64,000 nucleotides of DNA from an uncultured delta proteobacterium (GCA_963814585.1 CAWFDF010000004.1:544001-608000); one strand, 5' to 3'. Numbered from the stretch's first letter, positions 39,486-53,139 are shown. Translations and numbers: made by a program. Notes: generated by a model not told the origin, from the sequence alone.

Positions 39486-40676
39486 TCAGAGCTTCGGGAA
39501 CGGATTGGGCTCGATGAGCGGCGACTCGTAGAGGATGTCGAACTGCCCGTCGGCGCGGGCGACGCCGACGCGCGCGTGCTTCCAGGTGTGGTGGTTGCTG
39601 GCGTGCAGCTTGATCTTCCCCTCGGGCGCGTCGAGCTCCAGGTTGGAGGAGGCGGCGATGACCTTCTGCACGTCGAAGCTCTTGGCCTTCTCGACCGCGA
39701 GCCGCCAGAAGTGAACGGCGGTGTAGCCACACTCCATGGGGTCGCCGACCACGCGCTCCTGACCGTACTTGGCCTTGATGGCCTTGACGAACTTGTCGTT
39801 GGTCGGGTTCTGCTGGCTCTGGAAGTAGCCCATGCACGCCAGGTAGCCGACCGCGTTGTCCTTGCCGATCCCATCGATCTCGTTCTCCGAGACCACGGTC
39901 GAGAGCAGCGTCTGCTTGGCGCCGGAGAGTCCGGCCGCGTTGAGCTGCTTGAAGAACGCCACGTTGCTGCCCCCGACGACCGTGCTGTAGATGCAGTCGG
40001 GCTTCGCGGCCTTGATCTTGTTGATGATGGAGGAGAACTCCGTGTGGCCGAGGGGCGCGTACTCCTCGCCGAGCGTCTTGCCGCCGACTCGAGTGATGGT
40101 GGGCTTCGCGATCTTGTTGCAGGTTCTCGGGTAGATGTAGTCGGAGCCGACCAGGAAGAAGCTCTTGCCCCTGTTCTTCGCCATCCACTCGATGGAGGCG
40201 ATCACCGACTGCGTGGCCTCCTGCGCGGTGTACATGCAGTTCTTGGAGATCTCCTGCCCCTCGTAGTAGGTCGGGTAGTACAGGAGGCCCTTGTTCTGCT
40301 CGAAGACGGGCAGCACCGACTTGCGGGAGGCCGAGGTGTAGCAGCCGAACACGACGGGGACCTTGTCCCGAACCAGCAGCTTCTTCGCCTTCTCGGCGAA
40401 CGTCGGCCAGTCGCTGGCACCGTCTTCCACGATGGGCTCGATCTTTCGGCCCAGCACGCCGCCCATCGCATTGATCTCGTCGATCGCCAGCTTCTCGGCA
40501 TCGACGATGGCGGCCTCGGCCAAGGCGATGGTCCCTGTCAGGGAGTGCAGGATGCCGACCTTGATGACGTCTGCTGCGAGGCCGATCTTGGGAAAGAGAC
40601 CTGAGTACGAGACCGCCCCTGCGGCTACCAGCTTCCCGCCGATTTCCATGAAGCGACGTCGATTCATCTTGCCCAT
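39486..40676 (-). CDS. urtA: Urea/short-chain amide ABC substrate-binding protein UrtA, Tat-exported
   Basis: AAGGAG RBS; MNRRRFM twin-arginine signal; [41 protein letters not shown]. Confidence 0.92.
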   Translation of the reverse strand: MGKMNRRRFMEIGGKLVAAGAVSYSGLFPKIGLAADVIKVGILHSLTGTIALAEAAIVDAEKLAIDEINAMGGVLGRKIEPIVEDGASDWPTFAEKAKKLLVRDKVPVVFGCYTSASRKSVLPVFEQNKGLLYYPTYYEGQEISKNCMYTAQEATQSVIASIEWMAKNRGKSFFLVGSDYIYPRTCNKIAKPTITRVGGKTLGEEYAPLGHTEFSSIINKIKAAKPDCIYSTVVGGSNVAFFKQLNAAGLSGAKQTLLSTVVSENEIDGIGKDNAVGYLACMGYFQSQQNPTNDKFVKAIKAKYGQERVVGDPMECGYTAVHFWRLAVEKAKSFDVQKVIAASSNLELDAPEGKIKLHASNHHTWKHARVGVARADGQFDILYESPLIEPNPFPKL

Positions 40677-40755
40677 AGCCATCTCCTTGCCGTGGTTCAA
40701 CGGAGTGTCACCTGCCTGAGAGCATGCCTTGCTGCGCCGTGTGGCATTTCGTCGC

Positions 40756-40771
40756 TGCAAGACCGGGGCCG
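40756..40771 (-). promoter_or_regulatory. Candidate sigma54 promoter of the urt-amiE-cbbQO operon
   Basis: Minus strand CGGCCCCGGTCTTGCA = GG-N10-GC with TTGCA, 80 bp upstream of urtA and next to a sigma54 activator gene. Confidence 0.6.
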
Positions 40772-41035
40772 GGTAGGAGGACACCTGCTCGTCGGCACGG
40801 AAGAGTGCCGGAAAGCGACCTAAGTCACGGCCATTGGGCTGGCCAGTGCCGACCGCACTCACCGGAGCAGCGCTTGCCTTACGTGAGAGACACCGGGTCG
40901 TCCGGAGATGGATGACACACTTCTGTGTTGCGCCCCGGACGGGGGCCCTTGACTTCCGAAGCCCGGACTTTCAAGGTTTTGCTCCATGGTCAGTGTCCAG
41001 TAGGTGCTCAGCCCGGGGGGGAATGGAGCCTGCCG

Positions 41036-43213
41036 GTGAGCGGTCCAACACGCTTGGGTCTCCTGTATTCGTCGAGTGGCGCGACTGCCATCCCCGAGTC
41101 CGGCCTCCTCGAGGCCTCGCTCCTGGCGATCGATCGCTGCAACGTCGAAATGGGCACGGGATTCGAGCCCTTGGTCGCGGACATTCGTTCGGACCCAGCC
41201 ACCGCGGCGCATGCCGCTCATGAACTCAGGTCACAGGGCGCCAAGGTCCTGATTGGGTGTTACACCTCGGCGTGCCGTAAGGCGGTCATCCCGGTTCTCG
41301 AGGAATCGGGGGTTTCCCTCGTCTATCCGACCGTTTACGAGGGCGAAGAGGTGCATCCCCGTGTCTTCTACTTCGGCGCCGTACCCAACCAGACCGTGGA
41401 TCCCCTCCTCTCCTGGTCCGTCTCGCATCTGTCCAGGGATTTCCTCTTCGTCGGATCGGACTACATCTATCCGCGGTCGGTGAATCGGCAGGCCCGGGGC
41501 TTCGTCGAGGCGCTTGGGGGGCGGATCCTTCTCGACGAGTACTTTCCCCTCGGTTGCGAGGACTTCACCGCCTTCTTCCAGAGCGTGCGGATGCTGCGGA
41601 GCCGCCACCCGCCCGCGATCTTCTCCACCCTCGTCGGGAAGAGCATCCCGGCCTTCTACCGGCAACATCGCGAGCTGGGCCTGGGAAGCACCATCGTCAG
41701 TCCGATCACCTCCGAGGTCGAGTTCGGGTGCGTGGGGATCGACGCCGCCGCCGGCCACTACTTCGCGGACGGCCACCTGGAGAGCCCTGACGCGGCGCCT
41801 CGCGACGGCTTTGCCTCGCACTACCAGCGCCGGTTCGGCGACAGGCCGGTCAACGGGATGATGGCCGCCGTGTACGAGGCGATCATGCTTCTCGGCCGGT
41901 ACTTCCTCAATGCTCGAGCGAAGGGCTCGGCCGGCGCCAGGGCCCAGGGAAATCCGGTCGCTCATCTGCGCGCCCCTCACCACGAGACGCCGAGTGGTCG
42001 GGTCGTGCTCGATCCGCGGAGCCAGCACGCCTGGCTGTGGACGCGTGTCGCACGCGTCGGCCGCCGCGGCAAGATCGAGACCGTCTGGCGCTCGCCGGGG
42101 CCGACGCCACCGAGGCCGCTCGGGGACCGGCCCTGGGAGTCGGCGCCAGGGACAGTGCGGGTCCCCTCGGTAGGTGCACCCGACGACGATGCGTTCCGAG
42201 GGGTCCTGGGTCGCAGCGACGCCCTCGCACAGTGCGTGCGGACGGCTCGGATCGCCGCCCTCACATCGGCCCCGGTCCTGCTGACCGGAGAGACCGGCAC
42301 GGGGAAGGAGCTGTTCGCTCGCTCCATCCACCTCGCCAGTGACAGGAAGAAGGGTCCCTTCATCGCTGTGAACTGCGCTGCCATGCCCGCGCAGTTGATC
42401 GAGAGCGAGCTGTTCGGGTATGCGCCCGGCGCGTTCACTGGCGCTCGGCGCGAAGGAAGGAAGGGCAAGTTCGAGCTCGCCGCCCATGGAACGCTCTTCC
42501 TGGACGAGATCACGGAGATGCCCATCGAGTTTCAAGCCGTCCTGCTCAGGGCCCTCCAGGAGAAGACGATCGTGCAGGTGGGCGGCGGCCGCGAGATTGA
42601 AGTCGACGTCCGTGTGATCGCTGCGACCAACAGGGACATCGCCCCCGAACGAGAGGCGTCATCCGTGCTGAGGTCGGATCTCTACTTCCGCCTGAACGTC
42701 TTCCGGGTCGACATCCCTCCTCTCCGGCGTAGACCAGAGGACGTCCCGCTCTTCGTCGAGGCTGCCCTGTCCCGCTTCAACGCAAGGTACGGACGGTGCC
42801 TCTCCGTGACGCACGACGCCTTGGTCGCGCTCATGCGGTATGGATGGCCTGGCAATGTGCGTGAGTTGGAGAACCTGATCGAACGTGCGTTTCACCTGTG
42901 CACCGACGGGACGGAGATCGACCTTCACCACCTTCCAGCGGTGGTCGCCGCGGCGAGTTCGGTCGACACGTCCTCCACCGGTGCCGCCGCGCCGGGCGCC
43001 GTCGGGATCCACGCTCCGATGACGCGGGCCGAACCTGCCCTGCAAGTTGAAGCGGCCGCGACTCAGGAGAAGATCGAAATCTCACGGGCGATCGTGACGT
43101 CAGGGCACAACATGAGCCGCGCCTCACGCATGCTCGGGATCTCGCGGAGCAAGCTCTATCGCCGGCTGAAGGCCCTCAGTATCGCCGTTCCGGACCAGTT
43201 CGCGCCCAGGTAG
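41036..43213 (+). CDS. Sigma54-dependent activator with N-terminal AmiC-like amide-binding domain and C-terminal Fis HTH
   Basis: [32 protein letters not shown] with no signal peptide; [50 protein letters not shown] start inferred from a GGAG RBS. Confidence 0.92.
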   Translation: MSGPTRLGLLYSSSGATAIPESGLLEASLLAIDRCNVEMGTGFEPLVADIRSDPATAAHAAHELRSQGAKVLIGCYTSACRKAVIPVLEESGVSLVYPTVYEGEEVHPRVFYFGAVPNQTVDPLLSWSVSHLSRDFLFVGSDYIYPRSVNRQARGFVEALGGRILLDEYFPLGCEDFTAFFQSVRMLRSRHPPAIFSTLVGKSIPAFYRQHRELGLGSTIVSPITSEVEFGCVGIDAAAGHYFADGHLESPDAAPRDGFASHYQRRFGDRPVNGMMAAVYEAIMLLGRYFLNARAKGSAGARAQGNPVAHLRAPHHETPSGRVVLDPRSQHAWLWTRVARVGRRGKIETVWRSPGPTPPRPLGDRPWESAPGTVRVPSVGAPDDDAFRGVLGRSDALAQCVRTARIAALTSAPVLLTGETGTGKELFARSIHLASDRKKGPFIAVNCAAMPAQLIESELFGYAPGAFTGARREGRKGKFELAAHGTLFLDEITEMPIEFQAVLLRALQEKTIVQVGGGREIEVDVRVIAATNRDIAPEREASSVLRSDLYFRLNVFRVDIPPLRRRPEDVPLFVEAALSRFNARYGRCLSVTHDALVALMRYGWPGNVRELENLIERAFHLCTDGTEIDLHHLPAVVAAASSVDTSSTGAAAPGAVGIHAPMTRAEPALQVEAAATQEKIEISRAIVTSGHNMSRASRMLGISRSKLYRRLKALSIAVPDQFAPR

Positions 43214-43792
43214 CGGAAGTCGATCCCGAGGGCCCCTCGACCGGGCTTCGAATGCGATGGCACGGCCCCCTGGCCGATCTGGTGATCCCCCTGGCGGTGG
43301 CGATCGGACAGGGCCCTCTTCCGTGGCAGACGGAGGGATCTCGCATCGGTGGACGAGATCCGGGCGGTGGGGGATGCAGGTGCAGACCTCGGCTTGAGTG
43401 AGCCGCGCCAGCCAGGGTTCGCCTCGTCGAGCTTCTCCCGAAAGGGTGAGCGGGAGGCCTCTCGGCACCGGCACCTGTCCGGGCGGCGACACAGGACTGT
43501 CGCGCGCTGCTCCGCTCGAGCCGTATGAGGAGGGCCCGGGGCGTCCGACTCCCGTTGACCACGGCCGGGCGTTGGTCGGCGGACTGGCCGTGACTCCCAC
43601 CGTCCTTGGTGAGGTCGGGGAACCAGCAGCATGCTCCCGCCAGGGAACTGAAGAGGCGGACCGTTCCTGAGGGGTCTTCTTGATGGCGCGGTGCGTTGCC
43701 TGTTGCAGTGGAGGAATTCAACGGGGCTGGATTGGCTCCATTCCTGGCAGACCGGTCGGAGTCGCTTGCGCGCGATCGATTCGAAGCGCAGC

Positions 43793-44746
43793 ATGACAGC
43801 CCCAGTGGAGCCCACGGTCCTTCCTCGAGACAGCCCGATCTGGGCTGCGCGGGCGGTGTCTCCGACGCGCGCCGGACTCGCGGCAGGGGACCGGGCCTCG
43901 TCAGGCCCGCACCCCGCAGTCGGCGCCCAGGTTCTCCCCGCAGGTTCCGGGCGGCTCCGCTTCGCGAAGGTCGATGGGGCGTCCGCGCTCGTAGGGTGCC
44001 GCGCGGAGAGCCCGCTCAAGATCCTGGTGCCTCACCGCAGGGGCCGCTCGGCCTGGGCCTTCTTGACGACTCTCGGCGGCGGGCTGGTGGCCGGCGACCA
44101 TACGGAACTGCACGTGGAGGTGGGCGCCGGAGCGACGGCGCTCCTCGCCACCCAGGCCGAGACGAAGGTTTACCGCTCGCCCGGCGGGGCCGAGGCCAAG
44201 CAGGTGCTGCGGGCCCGGGTGGATCGCGGCGGAACGCTGGCGGTGATGCCCGATCCAGTCTCACCGTTCGCGGGAGCGCGCTATCGGCAGGAGCAGCGAT
44301 GTGAAATCGAGGATGGCGCCAGCCTGCTGCTCGTCGACGCGCTCGTGGCCGGCCGAACGGCGCGTGGCGAGCGCTGGGCATTCGAGAGCTACCGGAGTCG
44401 GACCGAGATCGCGACAGGGGGGACCCTGATCCTCGGTGAGGCCCTCTCGCTGGAGCCAAGGGTGGGGGCCTCCCTGGCCGATCAGATGGGACGCTACGAC
44501 GCGGTCGCCTTCGCCGCCGTCATCGGCCCCGCCTTCACCGCAGGCGCCTCCGCGCTGCTCGACCGATGGAGCCGGGCTCCCGTTGAGGTCGGCGCACCGC
44601 TCCTCTCCACGGTGAGCCCGCTCCGGGGTGGAGCGCTGATACGCGTCGCAGCGATCTCGGCGGAGCACCTCGCCCACTTCCTGCGGGGCGCTCTCTCCTT
44701 CGTGGCGGGGCCGCTCGGCGACGATCCCTTTCAGCGCAGATGGTGA
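43793..44746 (+). CDS. ureD: Urease accessory protein UreD
   Basis: [48 protein letters not shown]. Start uncertain. Confidence 0.88.
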   Translation: MTAPVEPTVLPRDSPIWAARAVSPTRAGLAAGDRASSGPHPAVGAQVLPAGSGRLRFAKVDGASALVGCRAESPLKILVPHRRGRSAWAFLTTLGGGLVAGDHTELHVEVGAGATALLATQAETKVYRSPGGAEAKQVLRARVDRGGTLAVMPDPVSPFAGARYRQEQRCEIEDGASLLLVDALVAGRTARGERWAFESYRSRTEIATGGTLILGEALSLEPRVGASLADQMGRYDAVAFAAVIGPAFTAGASALLDRWSRAPVEVGAPLLSTVSPLRGGALIRVAAISAEHLAHFLRGALSFVAGPLGDDPFQRRW

Positions 44747-44759
44747 ACGGAGGAAGCGA

Positions 44760-45521
44760 ATGCACCTCACACCTCGAGAGCTCGACAAGCTGACGCTCCA
44801 CCAGGCGGGTCACCTCGCTCAGAAGCGCCTCGCGCGCGGGCTGCGGCTCAACTACCCCGAGGCAGTCGCACTCCTGGCCACGCAGATCCTCGAGTTCATC
44901 CGCGATGGGCGCAGCGTGGCGGAGCTCATGGACGTCGGCCGGCACCTGCTCGGCCGACGCCAGGTCCTGCCCGGTGTTCCGGACCTGGTCACGGAGGTCC
45001 AGGTCGAGGGAACCTTCCCGGATGGTACGAAGCTGGTGACGGTCCACCACCCCATCGCGGCCGAGGACGGCGACCTGACGCTGGCGCTCTACGGTAGCTT
45101 CTTGCCCTCGCCGGATCTGGCCCGCTTTGGCGCCACCTCCGAGGACCTTCTGCCCGGGGCCATCGAGGCAGCACCTGGAGAGATCGAGCTCAACGAAGGG
45201 CGAGCGGCCATCTCCCTCCAGGTGACCAACACCGCCGACCGACCCATCCAGATCGGCAGTCATTACCACTTCATCGAGGCGAATCCATACTTGCGCTTCG
45301 ATCGCCGCAGGGCCTACGGACACCGCCTCGACATCCCGGCAGGCATGGCCGTACGCTTCGAACCCGGCGAGACCAGGACCGTCCAGCTCGTCCCCATCGC
45401 CGGGGATCAGGTCATTCGCGGCGGCAACGGCATCGCCACCGGGAAGGTCTCACCGGAGGGGCTGGAACGCGCCATGGAACGGGTTGGCTCAGGCAACTTC
45501 GCCCATGAGGAGGAGCGCTAG
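44760..45521 (+). CDS. ureA: Urease fused gamma-beta subunit
   Basis: [11 protein letters not shown]...RLNYPEA...[12 protein letters not shown] (gamma) followed by [12 protein letters not shown]...[14 protein letters not shown] (beta) in one ORF. Confidence 0.95.
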   Translation: MHLTPRELDKLTLHQAGHLAQKRLARGLRLNYPEAVALLATQILEFIRDGRSVAELMDVGRHLLGRRQVLPGVPDLVTEVQVEGTFPDGTKLVTVHHPIAAEDGDLTLALYGSFLPSPDLARFGATSEDLLPGAIEAAPGEIELNEGRAAISLQVTNTADRPIQIGSHYHFIEANPYLRFDRRRAYGHRLDIPAGMAVRFEPGETRTVQLVPIAGDQVIRGGNGIATGKVSPEGLERAMERVGSGNFAHEEER

Positions 45522-45523
45522 CC

Positions 45524-47239
<1,716 letters not shown>

Positions 47240-47246
47240 GGCCGGC

Positions 47247-47912
47247 ATGGAAGCCTCGCAGTTCCTGATCTGGCAAGTCGCCGACTCGGCCTTCCCCACC
47301 GGCGGCTTCGCGCACGCAAGCGGCCTTGAGGCTGCTGCGCAGCTTGGAGAGCTGCGCGGGCCGGAGGGACTTGCCCGCTTCGCAGAGGAAGCGCTCTGGA
47401 ACGCGGGGTCATTCGCCCTTCCCCTGGCCTCCGCTGCACACCGCGACGTCGCGGCGCTCACCGCTCTCGACGGTCGATGCGACGCCTATACGCCGTCGCA
47501 GGTCGCCAACCGGGCGAGTCGGGCGCAGGGACAGGCGCTCCTTCGCACGGCCGCTGCAGCCTTCGAAGGCCCCGCAAGGGACCTGGCCGAGCGCGTCCGG
47601 CGAGAGCAGCTCGCCGGGCATCTCGCTCCGATGACCGGCGCCGTGCTCCGGGTGCTCGGAATCCCGATCGCCGTGGCCCAGCGCCTGGTCCTGCACGTGG
47701 CGATGCGCGGCGTCCTGTCGGCAGGGGTTCGCCTCGGGCTGGCCGGTCCGCTGGAGGCCCAGCGCATCCAGTCACGTCTTGGAGCCAGGGCCGACGAGGT
47801 GATCGCGACGTTCGGGCTCCTCGGCGCGGAGGAGGCGGCGCAATCGACGCCGCTGCTCGACATCCTTCAGGGACATCAGGACAGGCTCTATTCCCGACTC
47901 TTCCAGAGCTGA
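47247..47912 (+). CDS. ureF: Urease accessory protein UreF
   Basis: [34 protein letters not shown]. Confidence 0.92.
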   Translation: MEASQFLIWQVADSAFPTGGFAHASGLEAAAQLGELRGPEGLARFAEEALWNAGSFALPLASAAHRDVAALTALDGRCDAYTPSQVANRASRAQGQALLRTAAAAFEGPARDLAERVRREQLAGHLAPMTGAVLRVLGIPIAVAQRLVLHVAMRGVLSAGVRLGLAGPLEAQRIQSRLGARADEVIATFGLLGAEEAAQSTPLLDILQGHQDRLYSRLFQS

Positions 47913-47928
47913 GCACTTGGTCTTCGAC

Positions 47929-48669
47929 ATGATGACACGCGAGGTGAACGCAGCATCGCCACCGGCCGACAGACAGGCTCACGGCGGGCACGATCAGCCC
48001 GCCTCGCCTGGGAGCTTCCGGGGGCGGGAGCCCCCGCTGCAGCGTGACCTGGCGCGGCGAGCCTTCACGGTCGGAGTGGGGGGGCCGGTGGGAAGCGGCA
48101 AGACAGCCCTGGTCCTCGCGCTGTGCCAGCGCCTTCGGGACGCGATGAGCCTGGCGGTGGTGACGAACGACATCTTCACCCGCGAGGACGCCGAGTTTCT
48201 CGTCCTCCACGATGCGCTCGATCCGTCCCGCATCCGCGCCGTCGAGACCGGCGGCTGCCCGCACACCGCCATCCGGGAGGACGCCTCGGCGAACCTGCTC
48301 GCGCTCGAAGTCCTGAACGAGCAGCATCGGCCCGACCTGCTGCTCATCGAGTCGGGTGGCGACAACCTGGCCGCGCACTTCAGCCGCGAACTCGCGGACT
48401 ACACGGTTTACGTGATCGATGTGGCCGGCGGCGACAAGGTCCCCCGCAAGGGAGGCCCAGGCATCACGCAGTCGGACCTCCTCGTCATCAACAAGACCGA
48501 CCTCGCGCCGGCGGTCGGCGCCGATCTTTCCATCATGGAGCGCGATGCGCGGCGGATGCGTGGGGATGGGCCCTTCGTCTTCGCTCAAGTGACCCGGGGA
48601 GTCGGCGTCGCGGAGATTGCGGCACATGTCCTCCACGCATGGCAGCACGCCGTGGGGCTCACTCACTGA
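47929..48669 (+). CDS. ureG: Urease accessory GTPase UreG
   Basis: [33 protein letters not shown]. Start uncertain (47917-47944). Confidence 0.95.
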   Translation: MMTREVNAASPPADRQAHGGHDQPASPGSFRGREPPLQRDLARRAFTVGVGGPVGSGKTALVLALCQRLRDAMSLAVVTNDIFTREDAEFLVLHDALDPSRIRAVETGGCPHTAIREDASANLLALEVLNEQHRPDLLLIESGGDNLAAHFSRELADYTVYVIDVAGGDKVPRKGGPGITQSDLLVINKTDLAPAVGADLSIMERDARRMRGDGPFVFAQVTRGVGVAEIAAHVLHAWQHAVGLTH

Positions 48670-48896
48670 GGTCCCTGACGCGCCAGGAACTGGCGCCAGG
48701 CGGGCGTGACGAGCCGCTGCGCGAGGGAGTCACGTCGGGAGGCCTGTCACGGGAGGATTTCATCGTAGCCCGGCTGGAGGTCGCCGGTAACGTCGGCCGG
48801 GGTGGCTTGACACGCCGAGGCTCCCGCCGGGAGGTTGATGGCCCCGGCCGCCCGTCCACGGTGGCGCCCACCGCCCGGCGACGTTACTCCTCCAGG

Positions 48897-50144
48897 ATGA
48901 TCCGTACCCCCGAATCGAACGAGCTCGTCGCCCCGGGACGGGCCCGGACCGTCACCTGGGCCTCGGCCTTGCTCCCGGCCCTGGTCATCGCTTGCGGGTC
49001 CGGCTCCTCGGAGGCCGCGCCGGTCCCGGCGCCTCCGTCAGGCCCCTTCGCCGTGGACGTCCGGGTCACCGCGCCTCCCCCGCCGGGCTCGGTCGCCGTC
49101 CGGCTGGTGCCCTTCGCCACCGGCCTGGCGGCACCCTGGGGAATGGCCTTCCTGCCCGACCGGAGGCTGCTGGTCACCGAGAAGGGCGGGTCCCTGCGGC
49201 TCGTCAGCGCCGACGGGAAGTCCGTCTCCACCGTGGGCGGCGTCCCGGCCGTGGCCGCGGCCGGCCAGGGCGGGCTCCTCGACGTGGCCCTCGACCCGCA
49301 GTTCTCCGTCAACCGCCGCGTCTACCTGTCCTACTCGGAGCCCGGCAGCGGCGCCGAGGCCGGACTCGCCGGAACGGCGGTCTACCGGGCCGAGCTGGAT
49401 GAGGCGGCCTCGGCGCTGGTGAGCGGCGCCGTGATCTTCCGGCAGCGCCCCAAGGTCAGCGGCAACGGGCACTACGGCTCACGCCTGGTCTTCCGGCGCG
49501 ACGGCACGCTGTTCGTCACCCTGGGCGAACGCCAGCTGGGCAGCCCCGCTCAGGACGTGACCGGCCAGCTGGGAAAGGTCGTCCGCATCGACACCGACGG
49601 GAACGCCGCCGCCGGCAATCCAGGCTTCGGCGCCGCCGCCTCGCCGCACCTCTGGACGATGGGTCACCGCAACCCGCAGGCTGCCGCGCTCCACCCGGAC
49701 ACCGGCGACCTGTGGGTCGCCGAGCACGGCCCGCAGGGTGGTGACGAGGTGAACATCGCCCTCCCGGGCCGCAACTTCGGGTGGCCCGACGTCTCGTACG
49801 GCTGCAGCTACGGGAGCCCCGTGGGAACCACCTGCCGCATCGCCGGAGGCGTCCATGCCCCCGGCTACGCCGAGCCCCAGGCCTACTGGTTCCCCATCTC
49901 CACGGCTCCTGGCGGCATGGCCTTCTACACGGGCGACCGGTTCCCGGAGTGGCGAGGCAACCTGTTCGTGGGCGGGCTGGCGGGAAGCACCCTCTGGCGG
50001 CTGCTGCTGGCTGGAACCACGGTCATCGGCCGCGAAGCGCTGCTCCCCGGGCTCCACGAGATCAGGGACCTGCGCCAGGGGCCTGACGGCCACCTCTACC
50101 TCGTCACGCGGGACACCAGCGAGATCCTGCGGGTGGAGCGCTGA
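48897..50144 (+). CDS. PQQ-dependent sugar (aldose) dehydrogenase, GSDH/YliI family lipoprotein
   Basis: LVIAC lipobox; PWGMAFLPD, GQGGLLDV, HYGSRL, GHRNPQ, EHGPQGGDEVN, GWP. Confidence 0.9.
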   Translation: MIRTPESNELVAPGRARTVTWASALLPALVIACGSGSSEAAPVPAPPSGPFAVDVRVTAPPPPGSVAVRLVPFATGLAAPWGMAFLPDRRLLVTEKGGSLRLVSADGKSVSTVGGVPAVAAAGQGGLLDVALDPQFSVNRRVYLSYSEPGSGAEAGLAGTAVYRAELDEAASALVSGAVIFRQRPKVSGNGHYGSRLVFRRDGTLFVTLGERQLGSPAQDVTGQLGKVVRIDTDGNAAAGNPGFGAAASPHLWTMGHRNPQAAALHPDTGDLWVAEHGPQGGDEVNIALPGRNFGWPDVSYGCSYGSPVGTTCRIAGGVHAPGYAEPQAYWFPISTAPGGMAFYTGDRFPEWRGNLFVGGLAGSTLWRLLLAGTTVIGREALLPGLHEIRDLRQGPDGHLYLVTRDTSEILRVER

Positions 50145-50211
50145 CGACGCACCGTCTGGGTCCCCTGGGCCGCCGGTCCGACCTGTCCACGGGCCGGGGG
50201 ATCGTGCCACG

Positions 50212-53139
50212 ATGGCCTCCGCGAACCGGGGGGGGACCGTGGGCGACCGGGACCGGAGCAGCCAGGCCGAGGAGACCGGCGGGACCGTCCAGCCCGGCGC
50301 GCTGACCGGGCTGCTGGCGCAGCTGGCCGCGGCGCCCGGCGAGCCCGCCGGGATCGGCCACCGGCCCGGCGACGTGGTGGGCCGGTTCGAGCTGGTGCGC
50401 GAGGTGGGGCGGGGCGGCTTCGGCGTGGTCTTCGAGGCTCGCGACCGGGAGCTGGGGCGGAGCGTGGCCTTCAAGGCCATCCGGCCGGGCCGGACCGACG
50501 CGCTGCGGGAGGAGCGGCTGGTGAAGGAGGCCGAGGCCGCGGCCAGGCTCTCCCACCCCAACATCGTCACCCTCTTCGACCTGGGCCGCTCCGAGCGCGG
50601 CCCGTACCTGGTCTTCGAGCTGCTCCGCGGCGAGGCGCTCTCGGCGCGGCTGGCACGCGGCCCGCTCCCGGTCGAGGAGGCGGTGCGGGTGGCCACCGAG
50701 GTGGCCCGGGCCCTGGCCTGCGCCCACGACCAGGGCGTGGTCCACCGCGACCTCAAGCCGGGCAACGTCTTCCTCTGCAGCGACGGCCCGGTGAAGGTGC
50801 TCGACTTCGGCCTGGCCCATGCCTTCGGCCGCCGCCGCGAATCGGGCGGCACGCCGGCGTACATGGCGCCAGAGCAGTGGCGGGGCGCCCCGGAGGACGA
50901 GCGGACCGACGTCTTCGCCCTGGGCGTCCTGCTCTTCGAGCTTCTCTCCGGGACCCTTCCCTTCCCAGGCGACGACGGCGGGCGGGCCGCCACCTCGTCG
51001 CGGGCCGCGCCCGGGCTCGACGTGCCCGGCCGGCCGGAGCTGGGCGACCTCCTGGCCCGCATGCTGGCCAAGGACCCGGTGGAGCGCCCGCGTGACGGCG
51101 CCGAGGTGCTGGCGGCGCTGCAGGCGCTGGCAGGTGGCGCGCCGGCGCCGGCCGGCCCCGCCGGATCCAGGCGTCCAGTGAGGCGGCGGCGTCCCTGGAC
51201 CCGCCTGCTCGCGGTGTCGATCGTCGGCCTGGCCCTGGGCGCCGTCGCGGCGCTGCTCGTCGGTCGCTGGCTCGCCCCGGGCCAATCCGGGGGCCGTCCG
51301 CTGGTCGCGGTCGCCGACATGGTCAACGCCACTGGGGACGGGGAGCTGGACGCGCTCTCCGGCCTGCTGGTCACGTCGCTGGAGCAGTCGCGGCGGATCG
51401 CCGTGCTGACGCGGAGCCGCCTGGCCGACCTGGCCGCCCAGGAGGGGAAGCCTGCCGACACGCGCATCGACGAGCGCCTGGGGCGTGAGCTGGGCCGGCA
51501 GGCCGGCGTCAAGGCGGTCCTGGTGGCGGCCGTGCACCGGCTGGGCGAGCTCTACACGGTGGAGCTGCGGGCGGTGGCGCCGGAGCGGGACGACTACCTC
51601 TTCACGCTCTCCGAGCGCGCCACCGGCAAGTCGGCGCTGCCGGAGCTGGTCGACCGGCTGGCCGGGCGGGCCCGGCTGGAGCTGGACGAGGGCGAGTCCG
51701 AGATCGCCAGCCACCGGATCCAGGTGGGCCAGGCGGTGACCGGGAGCCTGGAGGCCTACCAGCACTACTTCCGCGGCGTGGAGCTCTTCGAGGCCCACGA
51801 CTTCGACGGCGCCCTGGCCGCCTTCCGCCGCGCCCTGGCTGTCGACCCCGGCATGGCGCTGGCCCACGTCTGGCTGGCCTTCATGGCCAACTTCCACACG
51901 GCCGGCGGCGAGCAGGCCGGACCCCACCTCGAGGTGGCGGCGCGAGCGGCCAGCTCGCTCCCCGCCAAGGAGCGACGCTTCGTGGAGGCGCTGGTGGCGG
52001 GGGAGTCCGGCCACGATGCGGAGGCCGAGGTCGCGGTGCGACGCCTGGCCACCGACTTCCCGCAGGACAAGGTGGTCCTCTGGTTCGCCGGCCACTTCAC
52101 CGTGGGTGCCGAGAAGGAGGCCTTCTACCGGCGGGCCCTGGCGCTCGACCCCGCCTATCCCTGGCCGCTCTACCAGCTCCTCTACGTGCTGCCGAGGTCG
52201 GGGCGGGCGGCGGAGGCGCTGGTGCTGGCCGAGCGGGCGGTGGCCCTCCGCCCCGGCTTCCCCACCTGGTTCAACCTGGGGCTGGCGCGCGGCCATGCCG
52301 GCGACCTCGAGGGGGCGCTGGCGGCGGCGCGGAAGGCGCAGAGCCTGGGCCCGCCTCGCTTCCAGGCCGCCGTCCTGGAGGCGCTCGCGCTCGCCTGCCT
52401 CGGACGACCGGAGGCGGCGCTGGCGGTCATCGTTCCCTGGACGCGTGCCGAGGTACCGGAGTCGAGCCGCCACCCGGCCCTCACGGCGCGCGGCGTGGTC
52501 GAAGCGCTGGTCGGGCGCCGGGTCGAGGCCCAGCGGACGTTCGCCGCGGCCAACGCCATCCGCGGCGACGACTGGGGCCGCACCTTCCTGGTCCACGCCG
52601 CCGAGGTGGGAGGCGACACGGCCCGGGCGCGGCGCGCCGCCGAGGCGTGGCGCGACCCGTGGCGCAGCGAGGCCGGGTGGCTCGAGGGGCTCGGCCTGTC
52701 GGAGCGGGCGGCGGCGCTGGCCGCGAAGCTCCCCCCCGGCTCGGAGCCGGCGGTCTGGTACCGGGCGGCGGTGGCCGGGCGGGCCGGGCGGCGCGAGGAG
52801 GCCATCCGGCTGATGAAGGAGGCGCTGGCGCCGGCGCCCGAGGTCTCCGAGGCCTTCCTGCTCGGCAAGGCGCTGGCCGAGGACGGCCGCTGCCCGGAGG
52901 CGCTGCCCCAGCTGGACCGGGTGGCGCGGCAGTTCCCCTGGCCGTGGGCCCAGCAGACGGTCCTCGCCGTGCGCGTGCCGCTCTCGCACCTCGAGGCGGC
53001 CAGGTGCCTGGAGCGGCTGGGGCGGCCGGAGGAGGCCCGGGAGCGGCTGGCGCGGCTGCGGCGGCTCTGGGTCCACGCCGACGCCGACCTGCCCGCCCTG
53101 GCCGAGGTGTCGGCGCTCGAGGCCCGGCTGCGCCGCTGA
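50212..53139 (+). CDS. Membrane Ser/Thr protein kinase with extracytoplasmic TPR region
   Basis: GRGGFG, VAFK, HRDLKPGN, DFG, GTPAYMAPE; TM segment; TPR-like helices. Confidence 0.92.
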   Translation: MASANRGGTVGDRDRSSQAEETGGTVQPGALTGLLAQLAAAPGEPAGIGHRPGDVVGRFELVREVGRGGFGVVFEARDRELGRSVAFKAIRPGRTDALREERLVKEAEAAARLSHPNIVTLFDLGRSERGPYLVFELLRGEALSARLARGPLPVEEAVRVATEVARALACAHDQGVVHRDLKPGNVFLCSDGPVKVLDFGLAHAFGRRRESGGTPAYMAPEQWRGAPEDERTDVFALGVLLFELLSGTLPFPGDDGGRAATSSRAAPGLDVPGRPELGDLLARMLAKDPVERPRDGAEVLAALQALAGGAPAPAGPAGSRRPVRRRRPWTRLLAVSIVGLALGAVAALLVGRWLAPGQSGGRPLVAVADMVNATGDGELDALSGLLVTSLEQSRRIAVLTRSRLADLAAQEGKPADTRIDERLGRELGRQAGVKAVLVAAVHRLGELYTVELRAVAPERDDYLFTLSERATGKSALPELVDRLAGRARLELDEGESEIASHRIQVGQAVTGSLEAYQHYFRGVELFEAHDFDGALAAFRRALAVDPGMALAHVWLAFMANFHTAGGEQAGPHLEVAARAASSLPAKERRFVEALVAGESGHDAEAEVAVRRLATDFPQDKVVLWFAGHFTVGAEKEAFYRRALALDPAYPWPLYQLLYVLPRSGRAAEALVLAERAVALRPGFPTWFNLGLARGHAGDLEGALAAARKAQSLGPPRFQAAVLEALALACLGRPEAALAVIVPWTRAEVPESSRHPALTARGVVEALVGRRVEAQRTFAAANAIRGDDWGRTFLVHAAEVGGDTARARRAAEAWRDPWRSEAGWLEGLGLSERAAALAAKLPPGSEPAVWYRAAVAGRAGRREEAIRLMKEALAPAPEVSEAFLLGKALAEDGRCPEALPQLDRVARQFPWPWAQQTVLAVRVPLSHLEAARCLERLGRPEEARERLARLRRLWVHADADLPALAEVSALEARLRR

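Noticed and set aside
43214..43690. Small ORFs or a ureE remnant between the regulator and ureD
   Set aside because: No recognisable motifs, RBS or His-rich tail in any frame.
43684..43700. TGGCGCGGTGCGTTGC as a sigma54 promoter for ureD
   Set aside because: GG-to-GC spacing is 11 nt rather than the required 10.
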